A DNA stretch of 49,430 bases from an uncultured Lachnospiraceae bacterium (lineage in GTDB: Bacteria > Bacillota > Clostridia > Lachnospirales > Lachnospiraceae). Where the stretch lies: the NCBI GenBank assembly GCA_947624055.1, contig CANQIW010000001.1, forward strand, positions 1 through 49,430. Reading direction: 5' to 3'. The translations under genes were made by a program, and so were the position numbers. Shown one piece after another: positions 1 through 12,315 of this stretch. The notes under the pieces are model-generated. The model was not told the origin of the DNA and searched no databases. It saw only the letters and a program-made list of their open reading frames with translations. The stretch's first letter is position 1, and each line of letters opens with the position of its first letter.

Positions 1-1579
<1,579 letters not shown>

Positions 1580-1585
1580 CTTTCC

Positions 1586-2497
1586 TTACCTCCAATAATC
1601 CTGATTCATCGTACATTTTCTGACCAGCCATCCCGGAAGCTTTCGGTAATTCTTCCCGAGACGGTAGCCGAGATACCTGGCTCCGCTCTGAATCACCAGC
1701 TTCGGGATCAGCCAGATTTTTCCATTCCTGCACAGCCAACCGGCTGTCTGACGCACCATGCGCACGCCCTCGCCCTCCGACTTAAGCCCCGCGAACACCT
1801 CCGGGTGCTCCGCCTGGGAGACGCCCAGGTCGAAATTCCGGTGAAACTGCTGTGCGCTGCTGTAATTGTGCGAGTGGATCACCCGCGCGTCCGCGCAGTA
1901 GGCGATCGCTTTCCCTCTCCGGATCAATCCGCCCGCAAAGATCATATCTTCGTTGAATATGGTATGACGCACAAATCCTCCCTGTTCATCGTATGCGCTT
2001 TTCCGGTACATAGCACATACGTTGGAGCAGAAATACGTCTTGATCCCCAGCTCCGTCAGATCCGCCGCGGTCTTGACGCGGCTCTCCGGCCCGTAATTGA
2101 AGTTCCTCGTGTACCGCTCGAGCACGCCGCAGTCTCCGGCCGGCAGCTGTCTCGCGTAGGCCGCACAGACCTGCTCCCGCGCGAACGGCTCCAGCAGCTT
2201 CTCAATCAGGTATCTGTCCGCCGGGAGCGCGTCCTGCGTCATAAAAAGCAGGTAATCTCCCGGGAGCATCTCCGCGGCCATGTGCCTCGTCCCGCCGTGA
2301 TCGAATTCCTCCTTCCGGATATGCACGACCTCGGCGTCCGGGATCCCCTCGGTCAAACGCTCGTCAAAAAACTTCCGCTCCGTATTGACCAGAAGGATAC
2401 GCGCAGGCTTCACCGTCTGCTTTTCCAGCCGTCCGAGGATCGTCCGCAGCTCCCGGCCGGGCCTGTATACCGGTATCATTACATTGATCACAGCCAT
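1586..2497 (-). CDS. GT2 glycosyltransferase, rhamnosyltransferase-like
   Basis: VMIPVY, FDHGGTR, FMTQDA, AYARQLP, EDM and HSHNY motifs. Confidence 0.88.
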   Translation of the reverse strand: MAVINVMIPVYRPGRELRTILGRLEKQTVKPARILLVNTERKFFDERLTEGIPDAEVVHIRKEEFDHGGTRHMAAEMLPGDYLLFMTQDALPADRYLIEKLLEPFAREQVCAAYARQLPAGDCGVLERYTRNFNYGPESRVKTAADLTELGIKTYFCSNVCAMYRKSAYDEQGGFVRHTIFNEDMIFAGGLIRRGKAIAYCADARVIHSHNYSSAQQFHRNFDLGVSQAEHPEVFAGLKSEGEGVRMVRQTAGWLCRNGKIWLIPKLVIQSGARYLGYRLGKNYRKLPGWLVRKCTMNQDYWR

Positions 2498-2515
2498 ATC
2501 ATATACTCCAGAATT

Positions 2516-3718
2516 TTACTGTATCCCCGTGTCAGAGATGATCTTATCGCTGATCTCCTGCACGGTCTGCGACGGCGTATAGCCCTCGTCCCCGAACAGG
2601 TAGGCGTGCAGCTGCGAGACGTTCGCCGCCAGATTCACCGGGACGACGCAGTCCCCCGCCGCGATGTTCGCGGCCTGCTGATTGAAGGGGAAGCCCGTCG
2701 TCTCCTGAATGTTATACCTGCCGATCTGCGCCGCGAGCGAGAGCAGCTCCGTATTGCTCATGCTTGTGGAGACATAATTCATCATCGTGCCGACCAGCGG
2801 AATCAGTCCTGTGACGCCCTTCGCCTTCGCCTTCTCAAAGAGCTTCTCAAGCACAGTCCGCTGGCGCTCCGTCCGTTTGAAATCCCAGCCCTCCGTGTAG
2901 CGGATGCGGCAGTAGGCCATCGCCTGAATGCCGGTCACCTGCTGCGTCCCGGCATACTCGACCTCGGTGTAGGGGACGCCGGTCACCTGCGAGGTCTCGA
3001 CCAGATAGCCGTTGAGCCACTGCCGCTCCTCCTCCGTGATGTCGAGCTCAATGCCGCCGAGCAGATCCACCGCCTCGATGATCCCGTTGAAATCCACGGT
3101 CATGAAATCCTTGATATCCAGATCAAGGTTCTTGTTCAGCATATTGACCGCGCGCTCCGCGCCGCCGCCCGCAAAGCATTCCGTCGCCTTGCGGTACTCG
3201 CCATTCGTGTTGTCCAGATACGTGTCGCGGTACACGGACACCAGCTTCACATCGCCGTTCCACTTGTTGATGCTCGCGACCATGATCGTGTCGCTGTTCG
3301 TGCCGCTCTCCAGCTCTCCCTCGCGGGAATCCACGCCGAAAAGCGCGATATTGCGGTATCCGGACTTGCCGATCCCGGTATTCACGAGGACGTCCCTCAG
3401 TTTGACCCGGTCAATCCTGCCAAGCTGCGCAAACACAAACAACCCCGCCCCCAATATGAGTAAAAGTATGATCTCCAGAATAAATTTCAGTTTTCTGTGC
3501 ATCTTTTTCTTCTTCGGCCGCCTGCCCCGCGGATCGCTGTAATACCCCTGCGGGCCGCCGTACTGCATGCGCGGATCGTCATAGTATCCCTGCGGGCCGC
3601 CGTACTGCATGCGCGGATCGTCATAGTACCCCTGCGGATTGCCGTACTGCCCGCGCGGATCGTCATAGTATCCCTGCGGATTGCCGTACTGCCCGCGGCT
3701 GTCTTTTTTACCCTTCAT
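2516..3718 (-). CDS. LCP (LytR/CpsA/Psr) family glycopolymer-peptidoglycan ligase with a repetitive N-terminal tail
   Basis: Single TM helix followed by NIALFGVDSR, SDTIMVAS, SVYRDTY, YCRIRY and DFKRTERQR motifs. Confidence 0.93.
   Translation of the reverse strand: MKGKKDSRGQYGNPQGYYDDPRGQYGNPQGYYDDPRMQYGGPQGYYDDPRMQYGGPQGYYSDPRGRRPKKKKMHRKLKFILEIILLLILGAGLFVFAQLGRIDRVKLRDVLVNTGIGKSGYRNIALFGVDSREGELESGTNSDTIMVASINKWNGDVKLVSVYRDTYLDNTNGEYRKATECFAGGGAERAVNMLNKNLDLDIKDFMTVDFNGIIEAVDLLGGIELDITEEERQWLNGYLVETSQVTGVPYTEVEYAGTQQVTGIQAMAYCRIRYTEGWDFKRTERQRTVLEKLFEKAKAKGVTGLIPLVGTMMNYVSTSMSNTELLSLAAQIGRYNIQETTGFPFNQQAANIAAGDCVVPVNLAANVSQLHAYLFGDEGYTPSQTVQEISDKIISDTGIQ
3528..3698. repeat. Four tandem 42-bp units encoding (G/M)QYG(N/G)PQGYY(D/S)DPR
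   Basis: cgcggatcg recurs at 3528, 3570, 3612 and 3654. Confidence 0.95.
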
Positions 3719-3730
3719 ATAACCCCTCTT

Positions 3731-5131
3731 TTAATACGCGTTCTTGTTGATAAAGCCTTTAAATACAGTCAGGATCAGGATCTTGATGTCCAGTCCCACC
3801 GTCCAGTTCTCGATATAGTACAGATCGTACTCGATCCTTTTGCGGATCGATGTATTCCCGCGGTATCCGTTGACCTGCGCCCAGCCTGTCATACCGGGGC
3901 GCACCTGGTGCTTGACCATATAGCGCGGGATCTCCTCGCGAAATTTCTCCACAAACTGCGGGCGCTCCGGGCGCGGCCCGACCAGGCTCATATCCCCCAT
4001 AAGCACATTGAAGAGCTGCGGAAGCTCGTCGACGCTGGTCCTGCGTATCAGCTTTCCGACCGGAGTGACCCTTGGATCGTTCTTCACAGTCCAGCCGCTG
4101 CGCTCTTTCCTGCTCGTCTGCACCTCCATCGAGCGGAATTTGTACATCTGGAAGGGTTTGTTGTGAAGCCCCACCCGCTCCTGTTTAAAGATCAGCGGCC
4201 CTCTCGAGGTCAGCTTGATCAGAATCGCCGCGAGCAGCATCACCGGTGAGAACAGGACGATCGCGCACGACGCGCCGACAATGTCCATTACCCGCTTCAC
4301 CATCATATTAAACGTATTCGACAGCGGGACATGGCGGATATTGATCACCGGCAGTCCCAGAATATCCTCCGTGTACGGCTTCGTCGGGATGATGTTGCCG
4401 TAATCCGGTATGAACTTCGTGTGTACGCCGGATTTTTCGCACATGGCCACGATCCGTTCCAGCTTGTCGTACTCCTCCAGTCCGAGCGTGATCGCGATCT
4501 CGTCCGGACGGTTCCCTTCCAGAATGTAGCTGAGGCTCTCGATAAAACCGAGCACCTCCACGTTGCGGTACAGCGTGCCCGGCGCGACGTTGTCGTCAAG
4601 GATCCCCATCACGCGATAGCCCCACTGCGGATTCTGCACGATACGGTCGATGTATTCCTCCGCCGCCCGGCTGTAGCCCACAAGGATGACGTGCTTCTGG
4701 TTCAGCCCGAGCCTGCGGGCGTTCATCATCACCATGCGCACGATATTCCGCTCCACGACCGTCAGCGTAATATTCAGAAACAGGAACACGATCAGCAGCA
4801 TACGGGACGCGTCCATCTGATGGATCAGGTAGAGCACCGCCATCGCGGACAGGCCGCCGATAATATTCGCCTTCAGGATGTTGCCGCCCTCGAGGCGCCT
4901 GCCCTGCATGCGCATCGGCGTGTAAAGGTTGCACGCGTAGTACAGCAGCAAAAAAAATGGTACAAGGATCACAAGTACCATCATATAGATTTCCGGCGGC
5001 AGAACGCCGATCTCCCGGCCGCCGACATTCGCCATCATGACATACCAGGCGACAAGATAGGAGAGGATGATCACTCCCGCATCCAGAACGACCTGCAACC
5101 GGTTAAAATATTTCTGATTATCTTTGATCAA
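3731..5131 (-). CDS. Undecaprenyl-phosphate sugar-phosphate transferase (WcaJ/CpsE-type priming enzyme)
   Basis: N-terminal TM helices; [40 protein letters not shown] and [11 protein letters not shown] motifs. Confidence 0.95.
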   Translation of the reverse strand: MIKDNQKYFNRLQVVLDAGVIILSYLVAWYVMMANVGGREIGVLPPEIYMMVLVILVPFFLLLYYACNLYTPMRMQGRRLEGGNILKANIIGGLSAMAVLYLIHQMDASRMLLIVFLFLNITLTVVERNIVRMVMMNARRLGLNQKHVILVGYSRAAEEYIDRIVQNPQWGYRVMGILDDNVAPGTLYRNVEVLGFIESLSYILEGNRPDEIAITLGLEEYDKLERIVAMCEKSGVHTKFIPDYGNIIPTKPYTEDILGLPVINIRHVPLSNTFNMMVKRVMDIVGASCAIVLFSPVMLLAAILIKLTSRGPLIFKQERVGLHNKPFQMYKFRSMEVQTSRKERSGWTVKNDPRVTPVGKLIRRTSVDELPQLFNVLMGDMSLVGPRPERPQFVEKFREEIPRYMVKHQVRPGMTGWAQVNGYRGNTSIRKRIEYDLYYIENWTVGLDIKILILTVFKGFINKNAY

Positions 5132-5152
5132 AGTTTTTCACCTCTGCGCGTC

Positions 5153-6112
5153 TCAGACGCCGAGTCTCCGGAACGTGTTGATCCAAAGCTCCCACTGTAT
5201 TCTCAGATAGTGAGGCAGGTTCCTTCCCCGGAACCGCACCTTCTTATCCCTGCTGCACAGACGAAAGCCCTTGCCGAGACCCCTGACATACTTCCCCAGA
5301 TACCCTCTGCGCGCGAAAAAAAACATCTTTACCGTGAACCCGACCGCCAGAAACGGCAGATTCAGCACGATCTGTGGCCACGGCATGTTCTTGTATACCA
5401 GATACACGCTGTTCCTCGAGGAATAGCGCAGCTTAAACTCATTGTAACCGGAACCGCTCGTGCCGCTTCCCACATGGCGCACGACAGCCCCCGGGATGAA
5501 GTAATTGTGATAACCTGCGATCCTTGCCCGGTACGCGACGTCAATATCCTCCAGATACGCAAAATGCTCCTCATCGAACAGGCCGATCTCATCAAAAATC
5601 TCCCTGCGGTAGATCGCGGCTCCGGCACAGGCTGAGAAGATCTCCCGCTCCGTCTGATACCGGTCTGCCGGCTTTCCTTTGCCGCAGGCAAACGCCCAGC
5701 CGAGCGCGCAGTAATAATCTCCCGCATTGTCGATCCGGTCCGGATGTTTCATCCTGACCATCTTCGCCGCGCAGGAAAAACAACGCGGTCTCTTCTCTAT
5801 CGCGCAGACGAGCGCCTCCACAAACGTGGGCTCACACACGGTATCATTGTTCAGAAGGATCACATATTCGGTCTGTGCCATCCGGATGCCTTCGTTCACC
5901 GCCGCACAAAAACCACGATTGGAGTCAAAGCGGCGCACCGTCACCTCCGGATAATGCTCCTCCGCAAAATCAGCGCTTCCATCCACAGAGCCGTTATCGA
6001 CCAGAATGACCGGAAATCCCTGCACCGTCTGCTCCCTCAGAGAATCCAGGCAGGCCTTCAGGAAACGCATTCCGTTATAGTTTGGTACCACGACCGCAAC
6101 ATCTGCCATCAT
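5153..6112 (-). CDS. GT2 glycosyltransferase
   Basis: VVVPNYNG, VDNGSVDGS, LLNND and FAYLEDID motifs. Confidence 0.92.
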   Translation of the reverse strand: MMADVAVVVPNYNGMRFLKACLDSLREQTVQGFPVILVDNGSVDGSADFAEEHYPEVTVRRFDSNRGFCAAVNEGIRMAQTEYVILLNNDTVCEPTFVEALVCAIEKRPRCFSCAAKMVRMKHPDRIDNAGDYYCALGWAFACGKGKPADRYQTEREIFSACAGAAIYRREIFDEIGLFDEEHFAYLEDIDVAYRARIAGYHNYFIPGAVVRHVGSGTSGSGYNEFKLRYSSRNSVYLVYKNMPWPQIVLNLPFLAVGFTVKMFFFARRGYLGKYVRGLGKGFRLCSRDKKVRFRGRNLPHYLRIQWELWINTFRRLGV

Positions 6113-6136
6113 GACAGCCCTCTCATCGTTATCATC

Positions 6137-7939
6137 CTACTTCTTCTTCAGCGAATAGTCACAGGTCATCAGCGAAAAATTCGGATTGTAATAGGGATCT
6201 CCGTCGCTCAGGAATTTCTGCCAGCGTTTCTTCATGAAATCGATCTCGCTCTTGAAGCGCAGCTGCTTCTCCGGCGTGTCCTCATAGCCGCGGCTCTTCG
6301 ACTCATAATGGTACATTTCCACATTCGGCTCGTAGACGACCAGATATCCCTTCTGGCGCACCTTCAGGCAGAAATCTACATCGTTGAAGGCTATGGCAAG
6401 CTGCTCGTCAAAACCGCCCGCCGCCTCCCAGGCCTTGCGGTCCACCATCATACAGGCCGCAGTCACCGCGCTGAGATCCTGCTGCAGGATCGCCTTTCTC
6501 AGATAGCCGCTGCGCTCGCGCGGCATGCCGACAAACAGCGCGCCGGCTACCCCGCCGATGCCGACGATCACGCCCGCGTGCTGAATCGTATCGTCCGGAA
6601 AATACAGCCTCGCCCCGACGATCCCCACATCGCGCCGCATACACTGTCCGAGCAGAAGCTCCAGCCAGTCCGGCGTGATGACGGTGATATCGTTGTTCAG
6701 ACAGACGATATAATCGCCCTTCGCGTGCGCAAAGCCGAAATTGTTGAGGGCGGAATAATTGAAGCCCTCTTTCCAATATAATACCCGAATACCGTCTTTT
6801 CCGTCAATCTCTTTGTAATATGCAAAAGTTTCCGGCTGCACGCTGTTGTTCTCTATGATCAGGATCTCGTAATTGTGATAAGTGCTTTTTCTGCGAATGG
6901 AGTCCAGACAATCCCGAAGCGTCTGCACCTCGTCCTTGTTCGGGATCACGATCGACACCAGCGGCTCGCCCGGCAGAACGTATCTCACGCGGTAAAAGCC
7001 CGGGAACTTCGTGTCCGTCACCTCCGCGTCCTCCCCGCAGCGCCGGATGTGCTCGAGTACTGCATGCTTCCCGGCGTCGTACGCGTATTTCTTGCTCAGC
7101 GGATTGTCGGCCGTCGAGGCCGCGTGCACGCGCCAGTGATACAGCACCTTGGGAATGTGCGCGATCTTCTCCGTCCTCTCCACGCAGCGGAACAGGAATT
7201 CATGATCCTGCGCGCCGTCGAACGACTCGTCGAGACCGCCCGCAAGCTTAGCCAGCGTGCGTCTCACCACCAGAAGATGGCAGATATAATTGTTCGCGCG
7301 CAGCAGATCCGGATTGAAATCCGGCTTCAGGTTCGGCTGGTAGCGCTCCCCTGTGCCGCCCCGTATCTTGTCCTCATCGGTATAAATGATGTCCGCGCCG
7401 GAACGCGAGGCCTCTGCGGCCACCTCGTACAGGGCGTCCTCCGCCAGAAGGTCGTCATGGTCAAAAAACGCGATGTACTCGCCGGACGCCATCCGGATGG
7501 CCTCGTTCGTATTGCCCGAAAGCCCCAGATTTTTCTCCAGCTTCCGGTAATGGATCCTCTCGTCGTCAAGGTATTCGCCAACGACCGCCGAGGTCGCGGA
7601 CGCGTCCTGACTCCCGTCTGTCAGACACAGCTCCCAATAAGGATAGGTCTGCTTTCTGACCGACTCGATCATCTCTCTCAGAAAAGGCTCCGGCGTGTTG
7701 TAGAGCGGTACGACGATACTGATCCGTACCGGATTCTCCCACTTCCTTCGCCTCTGCGCCTCCAGCTCGGCCTGTGACGGCGCGTTCTGCGCGCACCACT
7801 GACCGTAATCGGCCTCCACCTCCTCCATGCGCTCGGAAAGCCGCACGCGGAATTCCCGGAAACCGTATTGCTTCAAATAGGAAAGGCCTTTTTTTACCGT
7901 ATAAAAATTTAAACTTTTCAGCACCTTTCGGACGTTCAT
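6137..7939 (-). CDS. Tandem-domain GT2 glycosyltransferase (probable polymerising GT)
   Basis: Two GT-A domains: ISIVVPLYNT/FFDHDD/GAQD and VSIVIPNKD/LNND/AFNDVD. Confidence 0.92.
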   Translation of the reverse strand: MNVRKVLKSLNFYTVKKGLSYLKQYGFREFRVRLSERMEEVEADYGQWCAQNAPSQAELEAQRRRKWENPVRISIVVPLYNTPEPFLREMIESVRKQTYPYWELCLTDGSQDASATSAVVGEYLDDERIHYRKLEKNLGLSGNTNEAIRMASGEYIAFFDHDDLLAEDALYEVAAEASRSGADIIYTDEDKIRGGTGERYQPNLKPDFNPDLLRANNYICHLLVVRRTLAKLAGGLDESFDGAQDHEFLFRCVERTEKIAHIPKVLYHWRVHAASTADNPLSKKYAYDAGKHAVLEHIRRCGEDAEVTDTKFPGFYRVRYVLPGEPLVSIVIPNKDEVQTLRDCLDSIRRKSTYHNYEILIIENNSVQPETFAYYKEIDGKDGIRVLYWKEGFNYSALNNFGFAHAKGDYIVCLNNDITVITPDWLELLLGQCMRRDVGIVGARLYFPDDTIQHAGVIVGIGGVAGALFVGMPRERSGYLRKAILQQDLSAVTAACMMVDRKAWEAAGGFDEQLAIAFNDVDFCLKVRQKGYLVVYEPNVEMYHYESKSRGYEDTPEKQLRFKSEIDFMKKRWQKFLSDGDPYYNPNFSLMTCDYSLKKK

Positions 7940-7958
7940 ACAGTCCTCCCCGGACGCT

Positions 7959-9089
7959 CTATTTCGTGAAAAACGCGTGGATGGCCTCCACGACCTTCTC
8001 GCGCTGCTCCTGCTTCAGGCCGTAGAACATCGGAAGTCGGAGCAGCCGTTCGCTCTCCTTTGTCGTGTAACGGTCCTCGCCGTGAAATCTTCCGAACTGT
8101 CTGCCGGCCGGCGCGGAGTGCAACGGTACATAGTGAAATACCGTGTGGATCTGCCGCTCATGCAGATATTCGATCAGAGCCGCGCGCGTCGGCTCGTCCT
8201 CGAGCTTGATGTAATACATATGCGCGTTGTGCTTCGCGTATTCCGGCACAAACGGCTGCTCCAGATATTCCCTGTCCGCCAGATCCTTCAGGCTTTCATG
8301 GTAAAATTCGTACGTGGCCATACGATCCGCGTTGATCCGGTCGGCGCTCTCAAACTGCGCCCACAGATACGCCGCGTTCATGTCGCTCGGCAGATAGGAA
8401 GAGCCGTAGCTGACCCAGGTATATTTGTCGATCTGCCCGCGAAAGAATTTGCTCCGGTTCGTGCCTTTCTCCCGGAGGATCTCCGCCTCCTCGATCTTAT
8501 CGTCTCTGTTGAATACGACCGCTCCGCCTTCTCCCATCGAAAAATTCTTGGTCTCGTGGAAGCTGTAGCAGCCGAAATCTCCGATCGTGCCGAGCGCCCG
8601 CCCCTTATAGTAAGCGTCCACGCCCTGCGCCGCGTCCTCCACGACCTGCAGGCTGTGCCGCTTCGCGATATCCATGATCTCATCCATCGCGCAGGCGACG
8701 CCTGCATAGTGCACCGGCGCGATCACCTTCGTGCGCTCCGTGACAGCGTCCTCGATCAGCCTCTCGTCGATGTTCATCGTGTCCGGACGGACATCCACGA
8801 ACACGAGCGTCGCGCCGCACTGCACAAAAGCGTCCGCAGTCGAACAGAATGTATATGACGGCAGGATCACCTCGTCTCCCGGCCCGATCCCGGTCAGGCG
8901 CGCCGCCATCTCAAGACCGTGCGTGCAGGAGGTCGTCAGCAGCACATGGCTTACCTGAAAGCGCTTCGACATCCACTCGGAACACTGTCTCGTGAACCTG
9001 CCGTCCCCGCTGATCTTCCCCGCTTCGACAGCCTGTCTCATATATTCGAATTCTCTCCCCGTGAAAGGGGGCACGTTAAAGTCCAGCAT
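7959..9089 (-). CDS. rffA: dTDP-4-amino-4,6-dideoxygalactose transaminase (WecE/RffA type)
   Basis: LLTTSCTHGLE, EDAAQ, SFHETKN, GEGG and REKGTNRS motifs; start reassigned to MLDFNVPP at 9089. Confidence 0.9.
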   Translation of the reverse strand: MLDFNVPPFTGREFEYMRQAVEAGKISGDGRFTRQCSEWMSKRFQVSHVLLTTSCTHGLEMAARLTGIGPGDEVILPSYTFCSTADAFVQCGATLVFVDVRPDTMNIDERLIEDAVTERTKVIAPVHYAGVACAMDEIMDIAKRHSLQVVEDAAQGVDAYYKGRALGTIGDFGCYSFHETKNFSMGEGGAVVFNRDDKIEEAEILREKGTNRSKFFRGQIDKYTWVSYGSSYLPSDMNAAYLWAQFESADRINADRMATYEFYHESLKDLADREYLEQPFVPEYAKHNAHMYYIKLEDEPTRAALIEYLHERQIHTVFHYVPLHSAPAGRQFGRFHGEDRYTTKESERLLRLPMFYGLKQEQREKVVEAIHAFFTK

Positions 9090-9192
9090 TTCGTTCTCCC
9101 GCTCTATGTCCTCCGGCAGCCGCGCGGCAGGCGCGTCCCCGCCCCGGGCAGCAAACCGTGATATGACAAGTAAACATAAATCGACATTTACA

Positions 9193-9221
9193 ATAATAGT
9201 AAAAGAACGCTTTTCTGTCAA
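9193..9221 (-). promoter_or_regulatory. Sigma-A promoter for the rffA-GT-LCP-glmS operon
   Basis: TTGACA-17 nt-TATTAT on the minus strand. Confidence 0.7.
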
Positions 9222-9321
9222 GTCTGCGTTACTGTTCACTCCGCCGCCGACAATAAACCTTTTCATTCCCGGCATTCCATGCTAGAATAGATTTATCTTT
9301 CAGAATTCAGAAGGAGATCTC

Positions 9322-12315
9322 ATGTTGCAGATAAAAAATCCTGTTCATTCTCATAAGCTCCGCTCCCTGCTGATCCTGTGGGGAGCGATCGCGGTCAGCG
9401 TCCTCATCATCTTCTTTCCGTTTCTCTTCGGGGATCGGCTTGTCGTCTGGAACGACGCGGGCTCGGATACCAGGCAGCAGTACCTGATGCAGTACGCTAC
9501 GATCGCGAATCATCTGCGAGACGGCAATTTCTCCCTCTGGGACATGAACCTCGGCTTCGGGGCAAGCATGTTCGCGCTGAATATGTTCAATCTCTTTCTG
9601 ATCCCGGTCTATGCGGCAGGGGCTGTTCTGGGTACCGGACATATTCCCACCCTGCTTCTTGGCATGATGATCATACAGTTCTTTCTGGCAGGTACCTTCT
9701 GCTACCTGTTTTTAAGCTGCTTTTCCCTGTCTGAACCCGGCAAGGTGACTGCCTCTTACCTCTATACATTCTGTGGCTATCTTCTCGTCTGGGGACAGCA
9801 TTATCATTTCGGCGCTTTCGTCGTATTTCTTCCGCTCCTGCTGTGCCTGGTCGAGCATGCGATGCAGAAGCGCCGTTTCAGCCCTGCCGTGCCCCTTCTC
9901 ACTGCGGTCATCGTCTGCAGCAGCACCTACATGTCTTACATGTCGTTTTTGATGGCAGGCGCATACATTCTGTACCGTTCCATCCTCGAGGATGGGACGC
10001 CGGCAGGCCGTATCCGCCTGTTCCTGACACGCTGCGGGGAAATTCTGCTCGGACTCGGGCTCGGCGCCGTTGTGTTCCTGCCCTCCGCCCGTTTTCTCAT
10101 GACCGTGAGTTCACGTATGAGCTCAGGCATGTCTCTGGGAGAGCGGCTCCTGCAATATTGTTCGCTGTTCCCGGCTGATTTTTACCGGACTGCCTTTCTG
10201 CGCTTTTTCTCAACTGCCTTTGAGGGGATCGCGCAGTATGGCGGTTACTCGAATTTCTATGAAGCTCCGGTACTGTTTTTCTCTGTGCTGTTCGTGATCC
10301 TGCTTCCGCAGTACATTTTCTCGATCCATCGACAGAGGGCGTCCCGAAAAGCCAGAATACTGCAGTACCTCGCCGTCCTGTTCTTTGTGTTCTGCATGTT
10401 CGGCCGTCTGGGCTCGGCCGCGTTCAACGCGTTCGCCTATCCCTTCTCCCGGCATTCGTTTATCTTCATGCCGCTGTTCGCCCTTGTCACCGCGCGGACG
10501 CTCGACGAGATCTGCATCCGCCGCCGGCTGAACATCCCGGCGCTTGTGCTGTCGGCCGTGCTTTTGGTCTGCATGTGCTGTATGGCGCTTCCCGGACTCT
10601 CCGCCGCGGAACCGTATGGGCGGAATATCGTGGCCGCCGTGATCGCCACGGGAATCCTCGGGACGCTGATGATCGCGCTGCTCGTGCTGTTCTCCCGCAG
10701 GAATCGCGGTTCAGGCGGCAGCACCACAGCATCTCCCGATGCGATTTCCGACGGAAAAAGAAGAACGGGCGGTCGCTTCCGCAGCGCTGCCGCCGTCCTG
10801 CTCTTTCTGAGCGTCATGGTAAATGTCACCGGCGAGGGCTGGCTCTGCTACAACGCGCGGGACGTGCTCACCACCGGCGACGCGGATTACTGGGGGCCAT
10901 TATACGATCCTGATGTGGACGCCGCACTCACATATCTTCGCGAAAACGATCCCTCCTTCAGCCGATTGGAGAAGGACTATTACGCCGGAAGTTATTGTAT
11001 GGACAGCCTCGAGCAGGGCTATCGCGGCATCAGCGCCTACAACTCGACGCCGAACAGCAGCATTGAAGAGTTTGTCAATCTCGTGATCCCGAATTTTCCG
11101 ATCATGGCGCGCTACGAATACACCTTCCGCCAGATCGGCTATTACAGCGGCCACAGCACCCTGTTCGGCATCAAATATCTGCTCTCAAGAAGCCCTGATC
11201 TGAGCCCGGACGGTTTCCGTCAGATCGGACGATTCGGGAACCTTTACCTCTATCAGAATGAAAACGTGTCCTCTTTCGCCCGCTTCTACACAAAAGCCGG
11301 CGACAGCTCGGTGCTGAAGGGTGCGTACGGGAAAGCAGATCTGGAGACGATGCTGCTGGACGTGGCGCTGCTGGATGCGGACGCGGACAAAAAACACTCC
11401 GGCGCAGACAGCACAGAAATATACGATTCGGATGGAGGAAATGCGGAAATGTCCGGATCGGACGCAGACACTCTCCCGACTTCCGTGCAGGGGTTCAGCG
11501 GAGAAATCTTGCTCAGCTCTGAGGAATTGCTCTCGCAGTACGCGTTGGAGGAGATTGCTGCGCTCGGCAGTATCACGACAGATGGTTCCTCGAATACTGT
11601 TTCCCTGCGTCTCGATCCGGGGTCGTCATCTGCCGCGGATGAAGTCACAGATCAGGCGACAGAAGGGCAGCCTGCAAAGCAAACCGCAGACTCAGATCAA
11701 ATCTCAGACCAGACCGCAGACCCGGTTACAGACAGGACTATTGATCTGTCGGATTATGAACATGTGTATCTTGAATTCGACATCGAGACCCCGAACGTCT
11801 GCGACTTCGCGCTGAACCCGGGCAGCACGATGGAATACCTCTTCCGGACCAAAACGGGAGCGGTCACGCATGTGCAGATGCCGGTACCTTCCTTCTGCGA
11901 GACCTTCCGACTCCACAGTTACAGCGGTCCCTTCTCCGCGCAGATCAGCAACATCCGACTGCTCGGCTCGAAGGCTGTTCCGGTGCAGGCGCCGCAGGCC
12001 GACATCGTCGTCAATGACACGGCAAACGACTCGCAGCTTACCGGCACCGTCTCGACCAAAGAGGACGGCCTCCTGTTCCTTCCGCTCCCGTACGAGGACG
12101 GTTGGACCGCTGCCGTGGACGGCAAGGACGCCGCGCTCCTGCGTACGGACGTCGGCTTCATCAGCATCCCCGTGACGGCGGGCGAGCACAGCTTCACGCT
12201 GACCTATCATCAACCCTGGATGCGGGCGGGACTTTGCGTCAGCATTCTCTCGTTTGTCCTCTGGATAATTCTTATATTTGTCCAAAAAAGAAAAAGGCGA
12301 AGACCCATCCCCTGA
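9322..12315 (+). CDS. YfhO-family polytopic membrane protein (GT-C-like glycosyltransferase)
   Basis: D...QY and WDMNLGFG motifs, many TM helices, C-terminal LPLPYEDGWTAAVDG motif; divergent from the operon. Confidence 0.85.
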   Translation: MLQIKNPVHSHKLRSLLILWGAIAVSVLIIFFPFLFGDRLVVWNDAGSDTRQQYLMQYATIANHLRDGNFSLWDMNLGFGASMFALNMFNLFLIPVYAAGAVLGTGHIPTLLLGMMIIQFFLAGTFCYLFLSCFSLSEPGKVTASYLYTFCGYLLVWGQHYHFGAFVVFLPLLLCLVEHAMQKRRFSPAVPLLTAVIVCSSTYMSYMSFLMAGAYILYRSILEDGTPAGRIRLFLTRCGEILLGLGLGAVVFLPSARFLMTVSSRMSSGMSLGERLLQYCSLFPADFYRTAFLRFFSTAFEGIAQYGGYSNFYEAPVLFFSVLFVILLPQYIFSIHRQRASRKARILQYLAVLFFVFCMFGRLGSAAFNAFAYPFSRHSFIFMPLFALVTARTLDEICIRRRLNIPALVLSAVLLVCMCCMALPGLSAAEPYGRNIVAAVIATGILGTLMIALLVLFSRRNRGSGGSTTASPDAISDGKRRTGGRFRSAAAVLLFLSVMVNVTGEGWLCYNARDVLTTGDADYWGPLYDPDVDAALTYLRENDPSFSRLEKDYYAGSYCMDSLEQGYRGISAYNSTPNSSIEEFVNLVIPNFPIMARYEYTFRQIGYYSGHSTLFGIKYLLSRSPDLSPDGFRQIGRFGNLYLYQNENVSSFARFYTKAGDSSVLKGAYGKADLETMLLDVALLDADADKKHSGADSTEIYDSDGGNAEMSGSDADTLPTSVQGFSGEILLSSEELLSQYALEEIAALGSITTDGSSNTVSLRLDPGSSSAADEVTDQATEGQPAKQTADSDQISDQTADPVTDRTIDLSDYEHVYLEFDIETPNVCDFALNPGSTMEYLFRTKTGAVTHVQMPVPSFCETFRLHSYSGPFSAQISNIRLLGSKAVPVQAPQADIVVNDTANDSQLTGTVSTKEDGLLFLPLPYEDGWTAAVDGKDAALLRTDVGFISIPVTAGEHSFTLTYHQPWMRAGLCVSILSFVLWIILIFVQKRKRRRPIP

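Noticed and set aside
3528..3698. 42-bp repeats as a CRISPR array
   Set aside because: No unique spacers; the repeats are in-frame coding sequence and no cas genes are present.
4949..5323. A-runs of about 9 nt in the priming transferase and GT genes as phase-variable tracts
   Set aside because: In frame, encode Phe runs in hydrophobic segments, and A/T runs of this length are common.
9090..9275. N-terminal extension of the rffA ORF (a similar one occurs at 46941-47030)
   Set aside because: Precedes the recognisable family N-terminus, and for rffA overlaps the predicted promoter; treated as ORF-caller over-extension.
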